Part shown: positions 53,114 through 64,000 of the stretch, one piece after another
Layout: the number at the start of each line of letters is the position of its first letter
How positions within the stretch are numbered: position 1 is the stretch's first letter
NCBI RefSeq assembly: GCF_035084215.1
Contig: NC_090363.1
Location: 3,782,001-3,846,000, forward strand
DNA: 64,000 nt
Origin: Heptranchias perlo
Taxonomy: Eukaryota
Reading direction: 5' to 3'
Made by a program: the position numbers and the translations under genes
Notes under the pieces: generated by a model
The model's input: the letters and a program-made list of their open reading frames with translations, nothing else
Told to the model about the DNA's origin: nothing
Databases searched by the model: none

Positions 53114-55653
53114 TAGATTTAATTAATCACCGCATCCTGGACGCGCCTGGCTCTCGTTCTCCCTCCTGTCACAGGCTGGACCAGTTCCCAATGAAGATTC
53201 AACCATGCTGGTCGCTGCCAGTGATAGCATTCTGCAATATATAAGGTCACAGATTAATGGTAAAGTGATTAGTGACATCCCCTTATTTTTGTTAAACTGA
53301 GACTATCTCTACCTCCCTTTTTGCTCTTTAATGCTTCATTGCTCATCCTACTTCCCAATTCAATTCTCCTCACCATATCCCAGCTGGGGTCACTATATTC
53401 TTTTGGTTTGCACCCGAGAAGCATCACTCGGTATAAGTCTGTATCTTATATTTTGGGGAATCTGCCATAATACTTTATCGCCAAATATCAAGATCGGCGA
53501 GATTCAGTCCTTTCATCCCGATCGAAACAAGGCCTCAATTAGAAACATAGAAAGGTTACAGCACTGAAGGAGGCCATTCGGCCCATCGAGTCCATGCCAG
53601 CTCTGTGCAAGGGCAATCCAGCTGGTCCCACACCCCCGCCCTATCCCTGTCGCCCTGCAATTTTTTTCCTTTCAAGTACTTATCCAGTTCCCTTTTGAAA
53701 GCCATGATTGAATCTGCCTCCACCTGCATTCCAGATCCTAACCGCTTGCCAACATCCCTTCTCTCCTCTTCCCCTGCAGATGGCAAAGGTGGTTAAAAGC
53801 CCCTTGTTCCGGAGAATGGGGAAAAACCCACGCTGATTCTGTAGTGGCGGCATGTCTCCAGCAGAGGGTGGCATTGGACGATGTAAATGGTGAAACTTCA
53901 CAAACCCAGAGCAGCAGCGCCATCGTGTGACCAGAAAGCAGAAGTACAGGAATCAAACCTCTGATTTGCTCCTCCTGGTCGTTCACTCCAAGTTTGCTGG
54001 TCCCTGACCCAACCGCATTAATCAGAAACGGAATAATTTTTACACGTCCTTCACTCCTTAGAGTTTTCTGCGAGTGCAAGCTATTACCCTGAGAAAACAC
54101 CATCAAAAAAACGAATGAAATCAGGCACGGAACTCATTGCACCACCTTTGAATCTGCTCTTGTTCCATTTCTTTCATTCCCCTTTGCACCCACTCCTACC
54201 TTAATCCTGAAGGAGGGAGAGGCGAGCAGAACTTTGTTTTGCATAGAGGGTTGTTAGAACACAGAATGTCCCACCAGAAACTGGGGGGCTTGAAATTCAA
54301 CTTACTGTCTGGGCACAAAACTGGGCGATTTTCATTGCCATTGAAATCAACAGGCGGAACTTTCAACTTCAACGGGAGGGAGAATCTGGCGGGGTGTATA
54401 ATGGGCAGATGACCCGATAATGCCAGTTTTACATTCCTGCTTAAGTTGAAAGTTCTGCACACTGATTCCGCCAAGGTGTCACCCTTAGCTCAGTCGGAGC
54501 ACTCCACGCCTCTGAGGAAGAAGGTTGTGGGTTTAAGTGCCTCTCTCAGGTGGATGTAAAAAATCCCAAGGCACGATCTCAAAGAACAGCAGGGCAGTTC
54601 ACCCCGGTGTCCTGGCCCAATATTTATCCCTCAACCAACATTCACTAAAAAAAACAGATGATCTGGTCATTATCTCATTGCTGTTTGTGGGATCTTGCTG
54701 TGCGCAAATTGGTTGCTGCATTTCCTACATTACAACAGTGACTACACTTTTTTTAAAAGTACTTAATTGGCTGTAAAGAGCTTTGGGACATCCTGAGGTC
54801 ATCAAAGGCACTTCATAGATGCAAGTTCTTCTTTCTATTGATTTCAAAGAAAAAATCTACCTGATGTTGGATACGAAGACTGGATTGGAACATGATAGCT
54901 CATCACACAAAAATTATGGAATAGAACGATTTCTGTCAAATCGGCATTGACCTCTCCTCTCCCCTCCTCCTTTTCCCTCTCAGTTTTCCCAGCCTGAGTA
55001 AAATGCCCGTTTGTCTCTCAGTCTGATGATGGGAGCAGCCCGAAACGTCACTTTGTAAATGCGATATTATTTCATCCTGATGTGAACAGCACTTCCAGGG
55101 ACGAGAGAGAGAGAGAGAGAGATCTCTGACTGGGAACCGGGTCTCAATCCACCCACAGAAACAAGACACCAGCAGTTTGAATCAGGAAGTACTGAAACTG
55201 ATCATAACTTCCAGACAGCTCCTTACCATTTATGGAACTTTGTGTTTTAGTGTGAGCGGCTACAATCATTAACTCAATTCAGTTTATTGATCTATATCTT
55301 ACACCGTGTTTCACCAGAGGGTTTACAGACGGCAGTGAATTCAGTCCGGGGCGAAGTGCAATGGAATCTCGATCCCCGCCCATCTCCGCCTCCTCCCTCC
55401 CTCTCTCCAATTACTCTCCCCCTCTCTGCCTCCTCCCACTGCCCACCTTCCATGTACCCTGCCCCTCCCCGCCTCTTTCAATTATCTCCCCCTCCGTCCT
55501 CTAACACTGTTTGTCCTTTATACTGTTCTAGATTTTGTCTCCCTGTGTAAAAGTCGATGGGACATGGATTAGTTTATAAGAATTTCCTGAGTATTGCAGT
55601 GAACTTCATCAGGAAATCGCTGATCTGAAGGTGTTCGGCAGCTCAGTAACATC

Positions 55654-55682
55654 GAAACTGAAAGGGGTTTGAATGAGGAAGT
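55654..55682 (+). promoter_or_regulatory. IRF/ISRE-like GAAACTGAAAG plus ETS-like GAGGAAGT just upstream of the TRIM ATG
   Basis: GAAANNGAAA match at 55654-55663 (GAAAATGAAA in copy 1 at 47000-47009). Motif match only. Confidence 0.35.
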
Positions 55683-55695
55683 GCTGAGACTGAAC

Positions 55696-56106
55696 ATGGC
55701 TTCCAGGCAGCAGGCTGAGAGTTGGACCGAGGAGGCAATTTGCCCCATTTGTCTTGATTTCTTCACCGATCCGGTTATACTGGAGTGTGGACACAACTTC
55801 TGCCGCTCCTGTATCACACAGTGTTGGGGAAAGAAGGAGATAAACTCCTGCCCGGAATGTAGAGAGGAGTTTCCGGAAAGAAACCTTAGGGTTAATCGGG
55901 CCTTAGCGAGTCTGGCCGAGAAAGCTCGAAAATTAAACCTGAATCGGAAAGAGAAGGAAAGTAAACTTCACTGTGAGGAACATCAGGAAGAACTGAAGCT
56001 GTTTTGTGAAACTGACAAGAAATTGATCTGTTCCATTTGTAGAGATTCGCGGGAACACAAATCTCACAACTTCATGCCGATTAAAGAAGCTGTTGAAATG
56101 TACAAG
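55696..56106 (+). CDS. TRIM copy 2 exon 1 (RING + B-box2)
   Basis: Same protein as copy 1 with one extra Lys; GTAAA donor at 56107. Confidence 0.94.
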
Positions 56107-56192
56107 GTAAAATGGAACAGATTTGATCACCTGATTATTTTATTGTAAACAATTTTACAACACCAAGTTATAGTCCAGCAATTTTATTTTAA

Positions 56193-56233
56193 ATTCACAA
56201 GCTTTCGGAGACTTCCTCCTTCCTCAGGTAAAT
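56193..56233 (-). ncRNA. Hammerhead ribozyme motif (inverted arm)
   Basis: AUUUAC-CUGAGGA-A-GGAGG(AAG)UCUCC-GAAA-GCUU-GUGAAU. Confidence 0.78.
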
Positions 56234-57852
56234 GTTCAGGAGCTCCTCGAAGCCTACGCATTTATACATATAGAACAATACATGGTGTTTACAGAATGCC
56301 CCTGCAACTGCCCGTTGCCAAGGCAATCACCGTGTTCAGACAGAGAGGTGTCACCTGCAGAACCCCCGAATACACATTCAACAAAAAAACAAACAGGGAA
56401 AAAAAACAGAGAGAGGCAGAAACATCCGGAAGGCATAGAAAGCCAGCAAATGACCCATTATATTAAAAACAGATAACATTTGTTCGCTGGTGGGGTAACG
56501 TGTAGCGTGACATGAACCCAAGATCCCGGTTGAGGCCGTCCTCATGGGTGCGGAACTTGGCTATCAATTTCTGCTCGACGATTTTGCGTTGTCGTGTGTC
56601 TCGAAGGCCGCCTTGGAGTACGCTTACCCGAAGGTCGGTGGATGAATGTCCATGACTGCTGAAGTGTTCCCCGACTGGGAGGGAACCCTCCTGTTTGGCG
56701 ATTGTTGCGCGGTGTCCGTTCATCCGTTGTCGCAGCGTCTGCATGGTCAAAGAGGCCATCCCCTATGGACAGGCCCTGCGAATACACAGGGTCTGCTCAG
56801 ACGAGGAGGAACGCGATGGACACCTACAGACGCTGAAAGACGCCCTAGTAAGAACGGGATATGACGCTCGACTCATCGATCGACAGTTCCGACGGGCCAC
56901 AGCAAAAAATCGCATAGACCTCCTCAGGAGACTAACACAGGATGCAACCAACAGAGTACCCTTTGTCGTCCAGTACTTCCCCGGAGCGGAGAAACTATGC
57001 CATGTTCTCCGCAGCCTTCAACATGTCATCAATGAGGACAAACACCTCGCTATGGCCATCCCCACACCTCCACTACTCGCCTTTAAACAGCCACCCAACC
57101 TCAAACAGACCATCGTTCGCAGCAAATTACCTAGCTTTCAAGAGAACAGCGTCCACGACACCACACAACCCTGCCACGGTAACCTCTGCAAGACATGCCA
57201 GATCATCGACACAGATACCACCATCACACGAGAGGACACCACCCACCAGGTGCATGGTTCATACTCCTGTGACTCGGCCAACGTTGTCTACCTCATACGT
57301 TGCAGGAAAGGATGCCCCAGAGCATGGTACATTGGCGAGACCATGCAGACGCTGCGACAACGGATGAACGGACACCGCGCAACAATCGCCAAACAGGAGG
57401 GTTCCCTCCCAGTCGGGGAACACTTCAGCAGTCATGGACATTCATCCACCGACCTTCGGGTAAGCGTACTCCAAGGCGGCCTTCGAGACACACGACAACG
57501 CAAAATCGTCGAGCAGAAATTGATAGCCAAGTTCCGCACCCATGAGGACGGCCTCAACCGGGATCTTGGGTTCATGTCACGCTACACGTTACCCCACCAG
57601 CGAACAAATGTTATCTGTTTTTAATATAATGGGTCATTTGCTGGCTTTCTATGCCTTCCGGATGTTTCTGCCTCTCTCTGTTTTTTTTCCTGTTTGTTTT
57701 TTTGTTGAATGTGTATTCGGGGGTTCTGCAGGTGACACCTCTCTGTCTGAACACGGTGATTGCCTTGGCAACGGGCAGTTGCAGGGGCATTCTGTAAACA
57801 CCATGTATTGTTCTATATGTATAAATGCGTAGGCTTCGAGGAGCTCCTGAAC

Positions 57853-57893
57853 ATTTACCTGAGGAAGGAGGAAGTCTCCGAAAGCTTGTGAAT
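57853..57893 (+). ncRNA. Hammerhead ribozyme motif (Penelope 3' terminus)
   Basis: AUUUAC-CUGAGGA-A-GGAGG(AAG)UCUCC-GAAA-GCUU-GUGAAU. Confidence 0.78.
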
Positions 57894-58044
57894 TTAAAAT
57901 AAAATTGCTGGACTATAACTTGGTGTTGTAAAATTGTTTACAATTGTCAACCCCAGTCCATCACCGGCATCTCCACATCATGATTATTTTATCACATTTT
58001 CATGGTCTAACACTTTATTCTGTGATTTTCTATCCCAATCCCAG

Positions 58045-58140
58045 GATCAGCTGAAATCTTCCTTAGATTCTCTCACAGGGAAGAAAACAGCGGTTCTCGA
58101 AACGAAACAGAAACAAAAACAGAAGATTTCCGAAGTTAGG
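58045..58140 (+). CDS. TRIM copy 2 exon 2 (96 nt)
   Basis: [32 protein letters not shown]; CAG acceptor, GTAAG donor. Confidence 0.92.
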
Positions 58141-58225
58141 GTAAGGTCTCCCAGTGCTGATTTTCTTGGATTTCGGTTAGTTTTGTCCCTTTATACATTA
58201 TTATTTTTCACATTTCATTTTGTAG

Positions 58226-58459
58226 AAACAGTCGAACTGTCTGCAGACCCGCATCACATCCGAGTTCGCTAAAATGCACCAGATTCTCACTGAGAAAGAG
58301 CAGCGTTTAATCAGAGATCTCAGGAAACAAGAGGGGAAGATTCTAGAAACAATGGAGGAAAATCTTCGAGAAATTCAAGAGAATTTAAATTCAATTCAGG
58401 AGAAGCTCTCAAAGTTTCAAAAACAGATGGAGCGAAAAGACGGACTGATATTTCTGAAG
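58226..58459 (+). CDS. TRIM copy 2 exon 3 (234 nt); later exons expected beyond the window
   Basis: KQSNCLQTRITSEFAKMHQILTEKEQ...DGLIFLK; TAG acceptor, GTGAG donor. Confidence 0.92.
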
Positions 58460-60762
58460 GTGAGGATTATATTTCAGTTTAGTTCAGTGAAAGTCCACAC
58501 AGTCACAAAATGATGGGCGAGAATTTTGAAATAAATGTAACATTTCCCAAATAATTCGAAACTGATTTGAACCGATCGATTGTTTTGTGTATTCTGCGCT
58601 GGATCTGCTATTGTCACCGAACTAATCGGCCTCCCACAATATCTACAGAATCCCGGGAATACCTACAACCCCCCCGGGAATGAGTTGCCCTGATCTTCAC
58701 ACTTAGCTTGTAATTATTTCTGTGTTCCCCAAGTTTAATATTTTCCTGGAATTCACAGTTCCAGTCACATGATGTGAGTGTGTGGGTGTGTCTGGGATGG
58801 TGGGTGTGAGAGTCACTGGGGAAAAAAATTGGATAAGGCCTATTTTCAGGCATGGGCAGGACGAGACTTTCATCCGGCCTCAGTACTCACCTTCAAGCAG
58901 CTTTGGAAATCAGCCTTGACAGGAGGATTCAATGCAACTTGCATTTTCCACCAGCAGGGTAAGTCCCAATCTCTTAAAGGAAGGATGTCTCCTAAAATCT
59001 CTTAAAGGTAGCTGGTATCTATTTGCTAAAAATAAAAGTCTGCTGTCTGCACGGAGTCTGAACAGTGTTCAGAAATCGCAAATATAAAACACAGAAGCAG
59101 GACCTGTCCCTATGTTTACACACTGATGAGTTATGTTAAAACATTGAAGAAAGGTTGCACACTACTAAATCCCACATCCTCCAATCTGCACACCAGACCT
59201 CACCAATCTGCCGATCTGAGTTGGTACCAGGCCTGCGAGAGTGCATGCACCAAGGTTCTCTGATGATGCACTAGAGGCCTTGGTCCAAGAGGTGAACAGA
59301 AGGAGGGACATCCTGTATCTGTTCGGGGAGGGGAAGGGGTGCAAGAGGCCCTCCAGACATATGCCCAAAAGGCAGTGGGAGGCAGTAGGGGATGAAGTCA
59401 ATTCCAGGCACACAGCATCATGAACATGGATGCAGTGCAGGAAGAAGTTCAATGCTTTGACACGAGTGGTCAAGGTGATTGAGGTCAACTGTCAAGCAGC
59501 GTCTCCTACCAACTGCACCACTAGCTGCACCCACTGCTCCACGCATTACACACCCCATCACCCACATACTGACAAGCTCTTTCCATCAGTACTCAATTTT
59601 TCCAATCAGATACTTCCTCTCACCCTTAAACATTACCACTGTTGCAAGCCGCCCTCCCACAACTCACAGGCCACACACACTGCCAGCTATTCAACCATGG
59701 CAGGCACATCACCCAGACACACGTCCCGCTTTCTTGCAGAAGGTGGCACATAACAGGAGGCAGCAAGTGGCAGTGGCATTTAGCCCCTCGAGCCTGTTCT
59801 GCCATTCAATGGTGGACCTGTGACCTAACTCCATATCCCTCATTACCCTTGGTTCACAGAAATCTATCAATCTCAGATTTAGAATTCACAACTGAGCTCG
59901 CATCAACTGCCGTTGGCAGAATAGCGTTCCAAACTTCTCCCACCCTTTGCGTGTAGAAGCGTTTCCTGACTTCACTCCTGCACGTCCTGGCTCTAAATGT
60001 TAGGCTATGTCCCCACGTTCTAGTATTGAAGTCTAGGAGACCTCCAAAAACAGTTCCAAATGTATTGGCAGCCAGAAGCAATAATCCAGCCACTAACTGT
60101 AAATCCTGCATGGTCCCTTTAAATAGCCATAGGGGGGGTCCTCCAGGTACTCTAAGACACATCCAGATGATCGTGGTTAAGACTCTGCGTTGAGATGAGC
60201 GTTAAGTGCCAAAATGGTGTCTATTGCTTTAAATCAGCATTGCGCACTGATTGCAACCATTTTCTCCTTACTTTACATGCTTCTGGTGTTCAGTATTTGT
60301 GCATGCTCCAACGCCTATACCAGGATGGTGTCCGGCGCACGTCACGCTGGAAATGGGCGTGCGCAGCCAAGATGCCATCTTGGTTGTTCGTGGGGCCACG
60401 TTGCGCCATAACAACGGGCACTACACGGCCCAATTTAGCGCCCACTGTGTCTGAATGGGACTGATGTTGATTTCCAGTACCTGTTCCACAAATCAGATTT
60501 TCAACTGTATCCCTGTTTCTATCAGATGGATTTAATAATTTTGGTGTAAGTTCTGCTTTCTATTTTTCAAATATATCCTACACAGAATTTTACAGTACAT
60601 AAACAGGCCATTCAGCCCAACTGGTCTATGCCGGTGTTTATGATCCACATGAGTCTCCTCCACCCTACTTCATCTCACCCTATCAGCATAACATTCCATT
60701 CCTTTCTCCCTCATGTACTTATCAAGCTTCCCCTTAAATGCATAAGTGCTATTTGCCTCAAC

Positions 60763-63700
60763 TAGTATCAGTAATGATGGCCATGAAACTACCGGATTGT
60801 CGTAAAAACCCATCTGGTTCACTAATGTCCTTTAGGGAAGGAAACCTGCCGTCCTTACCCGGTCTGGCCTATATGTGACTCCAGACCCACAGCAATGTGG
60901 TTGATTCTTAATTGCCCTCTGAAATGGCCTAGCAAGCCACTCAGTTGTAAAATCTCACTACGAAAAGTCATAATAAGAATAAAACCGGACGGACCACCCG
61001 GCATCGGACCACTAGGCACCGGACACGACAACGGCAAAACACCAAGCCCAGTTGACCCTGCAAGGTCCTCCTGACTAACATCTGGGGACTTGTGCCAAAA
61101 TTGGGAGAGCTGTCCCACAGACTAGTCAAGCAACAGCCTGACATAGCCATACTCACAGAATCATACCTTTCAGCCAACGTCCCAGACTCTTCCATCACCA
61201 TCCCTGGGTATGTCCTGTCCCACCGGCAGGACAGACCCACCAGAGGTGGCGGTACAGTGATATACAGTCAAGAGGGAGTAGCCCTGGGAGTCCTCAACAT
61301 TGACTCTGGACCCCATGAAATCTCATGGCATCAGGTCAAACATGGGCAAGGAAACCTCCTGCTGATTACCACCTACCGTCCTCCCTCAGCTGATGAATCA
61401 GTCCTCCTCCATGTTGAGCACCACTTGGAGGAAGCACTGAGGGTAGCAAGGGCACAAAATGTACTCTGGGTGGGGGACTTCAATGTCCATCACCAAGAGT
61501 GGCTCGGTAGCACCACTACTGACCGAGCTGGCCGAGTCCTGAAGGACATAGCTGCTAGACTGGGCCTGCGGCAGGTGGTGAGGTGGTGAGCGAACCAACA
61601 CGAGGGAAAAACTTACTTGACCTCGTCCTCACCAATCTACCTGTCGCAAATGCATCTGTCCATAACAGTGACCACCGCACAGTCCTCGTGGAGATGAAGT
61701 CCCGTCTTCGCACTGAGGACACCATCCAACGTGTTGTGTGGCACTACCACCGTGCTAAATGGGATAGATTCAGAACAGATCTAGCAGCTCAAAATTGGGC
61801 ATCCATGAGGCGCCTTGGGCCATCAGCAGCAGCAGAATTGTATTCCACCACAATCTGTAACCTCATGGCCCGGCATATTCCTCACTCTACCATTACCAAC
61901 AAGCCAGGGGATCAACCCTGGTTCAATGAGGAGTGTAGAAGAGCATGCCAGGAGCAGCACCAGGCGTACCTAAAAATGAGGTGCCAACCTGGTGCAGCTA
62001 CAACTCAGGACTACATGCATGCTAAACAGCGGAAGCAACATGCTATAGACAGAGCTAAGCGATTCCACAACCAACGGATCAGATCAAAGCTCTGCAGTCC
62101 TGCCACATCCAGTCATGAATGGTGGCGGACAATTAAACAACTAACGGGAGGAGGAGGCTCTGCAAACATCCTCATCTTCAATGATGGCGGAGTCCAGCAC
62201 ATGAGTGCAAAAGACAAGGCTGAAGCGTTTGCAACCATCTTCAGCCAGAAGTGCCGAGTGGATGATCCATCTCGGCCTCCTCCCGATATCCCCACCATCA
62301 CAGAAGCCAGTCTTCGGCCAATTCGATTCACTCCACGTGATATCAAGAAACGGCTGAGTGCACTGGATACAGCAACGGCTATGGGCCCCGACAACATCCC
62401 AGCTCTAGTGCTGAAGACTTGTGCTCCAGAACTAGCTGCGCCTCTAGCCAAGCTGTTCCAGTACAGCTACAACACTGGCATCTACCCGACAATGTGGAAA
62501 ATTGCCCAGGTATGTCCTGTCCACAAAAAGCAGGACAAATCCAATCCGGCCAATTACCGCCCCATCAGTCTACTCTCAATCATCAGCAAAGTGATGGAAG
62601 GTGTCATCGACAGTGCTATCAAGTGGCACTTACTCACCAATAACCTGCTCACCGATGCTCAGTTTGGGTTCCGCCAGGACCACTCGGCTCCAGACCTCAT
62701 TACAGCGTTGGTCCAAACATGGACAAAAGAGCTGAATTCCAGAGGTGAGGTGAGAGTGACTGCCCTTGACATCAAGGCAGCATTTGACCGAGTGTGGCAC
62801 CAAGGAGCCCTAGTCAAATTGAAGTCAATGGGAATCAGGGGGAAAACTCTCCAGTGGCTGGAGTCATACCTAGGACAAAGGAAGATGGTAGTGGTTGTTG
62901 GAGGCCAATCATCTCAGCCCCAGGACATTGCTGCAGGAGTTCCTCAGGGCAGTGTCCTAGGCCCAACCATCTTCAGCTGCTTCATCAATGACCTTCCCTC
63001 CATCATAAGGTCAGAAATGGGGATGTTCGCTGATGACTGCACAGTGTTCAGTTCCATTCGCAACCCCTCAAATAATGAAGCAGTCCGAGCCCGCATGCAG
63101 CAAGACCTGGACAACATCCAGGCTTGGGCTCATAAGTGGCAAGTAACATTCGCACCAGATAAGTGCCAGGCAATGACCATCTCCAACAAGAGAGAGTCTA
63201 ACCACCTCCTCCTGACATTCAACGGCATTACCATCACCGAATCCCCCACCATCAACATCCTGGGGGTCACCATTGACCAGAAACTTAACTGGACCAGCCA
63301 TATAAATACTGTGGCTACGAGAGCAGGTCAGAGGCTGGGTATTCTGCGGCGAGTAACTCACCTCCTGACTCCCCAAAGCCTTTCCACCATCTACAAGGCA
63401 CAAGTCAGGAGTGTGATGGAATACTCTCCACTTGCTTGGATGAGTGCAGCTCCAACAACACTCAAGAAGCTCGACACCATCCAAGATAAAGCAGCCCGCT
63501 TGATTGGCACCCCATCCACCACACTAAACATTCACTCCCTTCACCACCGGTGCACTGTGGCTGCAGTGTGTACCATCCACAGGATGCACTGCAGCAACTC
63601 GCCAAGGCTTCTTCGACAGCACCTCCCAAACCCGCGACCTCTACCACCTAGAAGGACAAGAGCAGCAGGCACATGGGAACAACACCACCTGCACGTTCCC

Positions 63701-63932
63701 CTCCAAGTCACACACCATCCCGACTTGGAAATATATCGCCGTTCCTTCATTGTCGCTGGGTCAAAATCCTGGAACTCCCTTCCTAACAGCACTGTGGGAG
63801 AACCGTCACCACACGGACTGCAGCGGTTCAAGAAGGCGGCTCACCACCACCTTCTCGAGGGCAATTAGGGATGGGCAATAAATGCCGGCCTCGCCAGCGA
63901 CGCCCACATCCCGTAAACGAATAAAAAAAAAA
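60763..63932 (+). mobile_element. Young CR1/L2-group LINE with APE endonuclease and RT, one frameshift
   Basis: EN motifs DIAILTESYL, VGDFN, LLDL and SDH; RT motifs NYRPISLL, QFGFR, DIKAAFD, GVPQGSVLGP and FADD; poly-A end. Absent from the left arm. Confidence 0.93.
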
Positions 63933-64000
63933 CCACTCCTTGTGTTAGTGAGTTCCACATTCTCACCATTCTCTGGTAAAGAAGTTTCTCCTGAATTCCT

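Larger units (their letters stand above)
56144..57980 (+). mobile_element. Penelope-like retroelement (family B), 5'-truncated, with an inverted upstream copy
   Basis: Open ORF with RT C-terminus and GIY-YIG (NVVYLIRC..WYIGETMQTLRQRMNGHR). About 605-bp inverted repeat (56143-56748 and 57339-57943), a tail of about 36 nt, and TSD tgattattttat. Absent from copy 1 intron 1. Confidence 0.93.
53788..64000. repeat. Right arm of the inverted duplication, with two large arm-specific insertions
   Basis: Mirror of 48972 leftwards; homology resumes after the LINE at 63933 (accactccttgtgttag matches about 43686-43703). Confidence 0.95.

Overview
Eukaryotic, repeat-rich vertebrate DNA, most likely a cartilaginous fish, judged from the DeuSINE/SacSINE-type SINEs and the CR1, L2 and Penelope retroelements. 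Genes: the first coding exon of a V-ATPase subunit G gene (minus strand, runs off the left end); a complete 6-exon sialidase NEU1 (minus, 27820-10065, 398 aa); a complete 6-exon RING/B-box/coiled-coil/PRY-SPRY TRIM gene (minus, 46967-38523, 475 aa); and a near-identical second TRIM copy on the plus strand (55696 onward, exons 1-3 visible). The two TRIMs sit head-to-head in a large inverted duplication around a 3.3 kb CpG-rich 44-bp satellite that contains a 660-bp higher-order repeat. The ATP6V1G + NEU1 + B30.2-TRIM combination suggests the MHC region. The most striking non-coding signal is a set of minimal type I hammerhead ribozyme motifs from two Penelope-like families, including 100-190 bp TSD-flanked ribozyme mini-elements with compensatory stem changes. 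All exon boundaries and alignments were read by eye; repeat boundaries are approximate.
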